DNA from: Selaginella moellendorffii
Lineage: Eukaryota > Plantae > Lycopodiophyta
Direction: 5' to 3'
DNA: 11,995 nt
Assembly: GCF_000143415.4 (NCBI RefSeq)
Contig: NW_003314278.1
Location: forward strand, 1 to 11,995
The position numbers and the translations under genes were made by a program. The notes beneath the pieces are model-generated. The model did no database searches and was not told where the DNA came from. It saw only the letters and a list, made by a program, of their open reading frames with translations. Position 1 is the first letter of the stretch. The number at the start of each line of letters is the position of its first letter. This document shows, one piece after another, positions 7,557 through 11,995 of this stretch.

Positions 7557-8005
7557 CCCAAATATCCCAAGACCCTTAACCGATTGGAAAAGGGGGTGCA
7601 CTCTTGTTCATAGGCCCTTTCCCTTCTATATTTGAACCCCATGGACTGTCTCTCGAGTTGTTCCCTTTGGTTGCTTACAATATCCCCGAATGCCAAACGT
7701 TTCAAAGCAATAGCTATTTACTTTGAAACAAGCAAGTGCCACCCTAGTATTTCTGCCAAACTTGGAGGAGGCCTCTTGACCAATTTTGGAACAAGCTCAT
7801 CACAAAGAAAAGTGAATGTAAATACCAAAACCTGAAAAACTTCTCTGAATTTTTATGGATCTATATGGAGAACCTCAAGCTCTGTTTGATACCACCAGTG
7901 TAAACTTCGTGGCTTGATGTAATACGCACTAATCGATAGCCCTAAGAGCTCCTTTTTCGTGATTACTCTTTCAACAAATGAAGATATAGCGGGACATGGC
8001 ATAGA

Positions 8006-8489
8006 AAGAGTTTAGAATTCTAGTGGTTTGAAGAAGGCTTGGATTGAGAAGAAGTGTTAATGTGGTCCAGTGTACCACATAGAGTTTGGGGACATTCCAC
8101 AGTATATAATTGCTAATGAAGGATATAACTATGCTTTACCAGTTTTGGTCCCATATCCAAATAAGTTTCATGGCAAAGAGCAATACAACTTCCTTCATTC
8201 TTCTACAAGGATTGTTGTTGAGTGATCTTTTGGAATTTTAAAGAGGCAATGGAAATTGCTAACTCAGAAAGGATTTAGAGGTCATCCAGTCATCCTTGCG
8301 AACAACATCATTGCTTGTTGCATGCTACATAACTTAATGATCACACAGAATGATAGGTTCATGGAAGATTTTGACCCCGACAAATTTAACCATGATGTAG
8401 GTTACCTTCCACAAAGGTCTCTTTGTTCAGCTAAAGATGGCATAGCATTGAGAGACACAGTGGAAAGGTTTATAGAGAGCTTAGAGTGA
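8006..8489 (+). pseudogene. PIF/Harbinger transposase 2, C-terminal part
   Basis: RV*NSSGL..IPQYIIANEGY...LVPY..EQYNFLHSSTRIVVE*SFGILKRQWKLL...IIACCMLHNLMI...GIALRDTV. Second catalytic D appears as N. Confidence 0.9.
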
Positions 8490-8807
8490 CAATACTATTG
8501 TACTTTATTTACTTAAGAGTGACAAAAACTAAACATTTTGGTGTTGATCCTCTTTTAAGATTTGTCGTGTTTCAGATCACTTGACACAAGGCAAGAAGTC
8601 CCTATTGAATCAGAAAGACAACGAAACTTGTTAAGCTCCGAGTTGTAGAGCATGACATAAGCCGATACCTTGTTGTTGACAATGGTGACCGCACAGCCCA
8701 CTGGTAGCTCTACAACATTGTTGCATATCTGCAAGCATCACAATTAGAAGGCCAGCTTTCGCAAGGAAACTCTTTCCACTCACAAGGAATGAGTGGCTTT
8801 CGACAAG

Positions 8808-9701
8808 TGACAGGTACATTTTCTTATGTTTTTTGGATTGTTATAAGTTTTGATGACCAATAGGAACCCGACTGCCTAATGTTGCTGGGGTGATCGACTA
8901 CTAGACTGGACGGCGAGAGCTACTACAACTGGAAGCAGCGGTACTCGGTCATCTTGCAAGGGGTTTGTGATGCCCAAAAGAGGTTCCTTAGTGTCTACGC
9001 TGGGTGGCCAGGTATGTTTCTTTGTGTGTTGTGGATGGTTCTAAAATGTTCTTTTTGCTTTCAGGACGTGTCCATGACATGAGGGTTTTTCGTAATTCAA
9101 GCCTCAGGAACAAGATTGTAGCAAGGGAGCTGCTGACATCACCCGCGGTGTTAGCATATGATGATAGGATCAAGCCATACCTAGTGGGGGACAAGGGTAC
9201 CAACTCCAGCAGCATCTGATGATTCCACACACAAGTAAGTCTTCTTCATTCTACTTTCTTTTGTTCACTTGCTGTGGTTGTTGCTCAGCTGTGAACCCGA
9301 CACCATCCAAGGCAGCTTTCAACCTTCATCACCACCTTGCTCGGATTGTTATTGAGCAAGCATTTGGACTTCTTAAAATGAAGTTCAGATGCTTGGATAA
9401 AAAACAAAGGATCCAGCCAAAGTACCTTCCCAACATCATCAAGAGTTGTTGCATCTTGCACAATTTCTTGATTGATGTTGGGGAGACTGATCTTTGGGTG
9501 GAGATCCATGCTTGGAGGAAAGAGGTGAAAAGGCTCAAGGACCAGGACCTCTTTGTTGATTATGGTGATCCCGAGCAAGCGGAAGGGGAGCCTCGCGAGG
9601 AGTTGCACAGTCCAGAGGGTGCGAAAGAGGCTAGAGAGAACCTCACGTTTTCCCTCTGTCTTTGCTTCGAAATTTGCCGGGATATAATTCTAAACATTTG
9701 A
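8808..9701 (+). pseudogene. PIF/Harbinger transposase 1, catalytic part, with three short introns (8814-8863, 9012-9064, 9235-9288)
   Basis: Spliced: TG/TRLPNVAGVID[deletion]..YYNWKQRYSVILQGVCDAQKRFLSVYAGWPG/RVHDMRVFRNSSL..YLVGDKG(frameshift)QLQQHLMIP..FNLHHHLARIVIEQAFGLLKMKFRCL..IIKSCCILHNFL. GT..AG introns of 50, 53 and 54 bp restore the frame. Confidence 0.92.
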
Positions 9702-9753
9702 ATTTGAAATTTGAATTAAGTGAATTTTAAGTGTTTGAACGCATTGTTTTTAA

Positions 9754-9925
9754 GTGCGAATCCGAGGGTGTTTTTCCACTTAAATCTAAGACATGTGCGA
9801 ATGCAAAAGTCCTTATAAGTTTACTTTGCAACACAATGTTTTTCAATGTGCGAACCCAACTTTCTTAATTTTTAAAGTGGGTCGCTTAAGTTTTTTTTCA
9901 CTAAATAAATGTGCGAGTTGGTCCT
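9754..9925 (+). repeat. Spaced GTGCGA(A/G) motifs; candidate subterminal repeats and right terminus of Harbinger element 1
   Basis: gtgcga at 9754, 9795, 9848 and 9911 in AT-rich DNA just downstream of the transposase, the last followed by gttggtcct. No matching left TIR seen in the window. Confidence 0.45.
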
Positions 9926-10134
9926 TTCTCAACATAAAAGATAATGTTTTGCCAAGCTTACCACAACCACTGGCAACCTTGATTGCCAATGATGTTGTCC
10001 TTGGTCTATAACCATACTTCTAGGGCCAAAGTTACACCACCAATGGCCCATAGCAAGCACAGCCATGGTGGCACAAGGTCTCAGCCATGGCTAGCACTAC
10101 CTTGGCTGGCCTTAGTCATGGGATAGCCATCTAC

Positions 10135-10525
10135 TAGAGGAGCTAGAGGAGAGCTGTTGTAGGAGGAGTGCTAGAGGAGTTGGAGGAGAGCTGTTGCAGG
10201 AGAAGTGCTGGAGGAGCTGGAGAGCTGCTATAGGAGGAGTGCTGGAGGAGCTGGAGGAGACTCAATGCACAAGGGGTTTTGGAGGAGCTAGAGGGTGAGA
10301 AAGAATGATTTGATGAAAAAGAAAAAAAACTGAAAAATCCAAGAGTAAGATTGGCAAAAGTACAATGTGGAAGAGAGTTGGTGCAAGAGGAGCACTAGAG
10401 GACATGGAGGAGAGTTGCTACAGGAAGAGTGTTGGAGGGAGGAGATATGTTGCATTGGGGGAAAGTAAGAGCCACTAGAGGAGTTGGGCACTAGAGGAAA
10501 ATAAGAGTTGCTAGGTGGAGAGTTG
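10135..10525. repeat. Degenerate purine-rich low-complexity repeat (ggaggagtgctggaggagctg-like)
   Basis: Many imperfect gaggagtgct/gaggagct/gagagttg units. Confidence 0.7.
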
Positions 10526-11134
10526 GGCATTATACACAACACCAGCTACACTCACTAACCCTAACCGAACTCAAATAGATATAATTTTCTGCATTGCACT
10601 ACGTTTGAATTTTTACATAAATAAAAATTTATATGATGTACTCATTTTAATACATTTTTTATTCATATGTACTTCTTGTTTATCTCTCAAAGAGTTCAAC
10701 TAATGTTTTTTTATCAATTTTATTCTTCCTGTAGCAAGCTTAAAGCAAATAGTGAAGAATATAAGGAAGAAGTCCTACACTCTTGCAATACTAAAATCTT
10801 GCAAACTTTCCTTTAAGAACATTATTACTAGTCAAAAAGTTCACTTTTTTTGAGTAGTCTGATGTGTTTGTCTTTATAGCATGTCCATAAACAGAAAACA
10901 AGGAACTTTTTACTTGCTCCTCATAGTAGAGTATCACAGTGATAGAAGAAGTTTGAGCTTCTTCTCCATGCAATGGGCAACAATATAATCAAGTGGCTGT
11001 AGTGATTGATACAAAAGTTCTCCTGGATCTTGCTTGTTAGGCTGGCATGGCTAAGACACTGATAAAGGTAAGTTCTGCAAAGATTTAATAAGGTTTTGCT
11101 GGATTGTCCTTACTGGGCTTACAGTTTGATCATG

Positions 11135-11308
11135 GGTGATCAGGAGCTCACAGTTTTGCACAAGATTTGATCAAACATGTTTCTTGCTTGAGGTAGGATC
11201 CTTGATCTGCCATGGGTGGTGATCAGGAGCTCACAGTTTTGCACAAGATTTGATCAAACATGTTTCTTGCTTGAGCTAGGATCCTTGATCTGCCATGGGT
11301 GGTGATCA
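11135..11308. repeat. 2 x 83-bp tandem duplication
   Basis: ggtgatca starts at 11135, 11218 and 11301. One substitution between units (gaggtagg vs gagctagg). Confidence 0.95.
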
Positions 11309-11995
11309 ATGCATTCACAAAAGGTGCCGGAATGAAATCCAACAGCTTAAGCACTTTCAAAAGACACCCATTCTAGGCATTTGCAGTGATCATTGCATTC
11401 CAAGAGACCAAGGTCCTCTTGCTCAAAACTTCCTGCTATGCTCATGATCACATTTCCAAGATTGAGCTCCATGTTTCGAGAATTCTTCTGTGAATCGTCA
11501 CTTCTTTCTCATACTGCACAGGTCACAAATCACCCAAGAAATCACCTCATGGAGGCTGCAACACTCAATAGTTCTAGGACTGGCAGACAAGCCCTGTCCC
11601 ATGGACAGCCACTGCTCCTTACGTGGGAATGTGCACATTACAGAGGTTCGTTTCTGTTTTCCAGTCTGTCTTTTAACTCCTCAAATGTCTTGATCATTAT
11701 GAAGAAGGGAACCCATTGAGAAAATACAGTGTTGGGCAGACTGTTCGAGCTAAAATCCTTTCAAAACGTAAAACCAGCAGAAAGCACAGAAATGCTGCCA
11801 CTTTGGATTTATCTCTACGTCCATCTGAGCTTGCAGGTCTGTATGGCCTTTGAATTAGCTTACTTATCATGACTTGCAGGAAACGATGCTGCATGTTCAG
11901 TGATTACTTTCGAGACCGTAACCATTGAACAGTCGGTTATCAGATATGTTCAAGAAGTAAAGGACAACTGGGCATGGCTAGTCCTCTCACCCCAT

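Larger units (their letters stand above)
7173..7679 (-). mobile_element. Cassandra-type TRIM (non-autonomous LTR retrotransposon with 5S rRNA-derived LTR core), full length 507 bp
   Basis: 5' LTR 7485-7679, 3' LTR 7173-7364, 120-bp internal domain. PBS TGGTATCAGAG (tRNA-iMet, rc of 7472-7482); PPT GAGGGGTAGGG (rc of 7365-7375); perfect ATATC TSD (7168-7172, 7680-7684). Removing the element restores ttc ggg gat atg in transposase 2. Confidence 0.93.
6759..8005 (-). pseudogene. PIF/Harbinger transposase 2, inverted N-terminal/central part, interrupted by the Cassandra element
   Basis: Minus strand: YIKPRSLHWW..FREVFQV..FTFLCDEL..VSK*IAIALKRLAFGD[TRIM]MW*TISDAFGV..HWPDEEGMKEVIAEFQRLHGFPNCCGAMDCTHIAI..KKYYSMVV*VVVDSKTSFLDI...GSVSDR. 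Confidence 0.88.

Noticed and set aside
6408-8862. TA target-site duplication (Tc1/mariner) around the insert
   Set aside because: The right-hand TA is better explained as part of the acceptor of the 8814-8863 intron, and no TIRs are present.
5663-9701. Domesticated ALP1/HARBI1 host gene
   Set aside because: Both transposases carry stops, frameshifts, deletions or insertions; they are decayed copies.
2631-11308. CRISPR-like array
   Set aside because: All repeats are head-to-tail duplications without unique spacers, and the context is eukaryotic.

Overview
Eukaryotic plant nuclear DNA. The 50-54 bp introns and the PGxSWWTD-type DYW domain suggest a seed-free vascular plant, probably Selaginella-like (inference). 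The one intact gene is an intronless PLS-class PPR-E-DYW protein (2205-4940, +). It has three notable properties: an N-terminal OSB-type 'PDF' ssDNA-binding motif fused to the PPR array; an array grown by 3.5 near-identical 333-bp PLS-triplet copies that differ at PPR-code positions; and a DYW:WW-type deaminase ending in DNYF. Around it are rearrangement products: a ~590-bp duplicated upstream block, a degenerate LINE piece, a 91-bp inverted PPR fragment and a 174-bp tandem copy of the gene's 3' end. Downstream is a three-level nest of mobile elements. A PIF/Harbinger transposase pseudogene (5663-9701) is split by ~2.4 kb carrying a second Harbinger transposase pseudogene with an internal inversion. 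That second pseudogene is hit by a complete Cassandra TRIM (7173-7679, -; 5S rRNA-derived LTRs, PBS, PPT, ATATC TSD) whose two LTRs have different outer segments. The last ~2 kb is unassigned apart from low-complexity sequence and an 83-bp tandem duplication.
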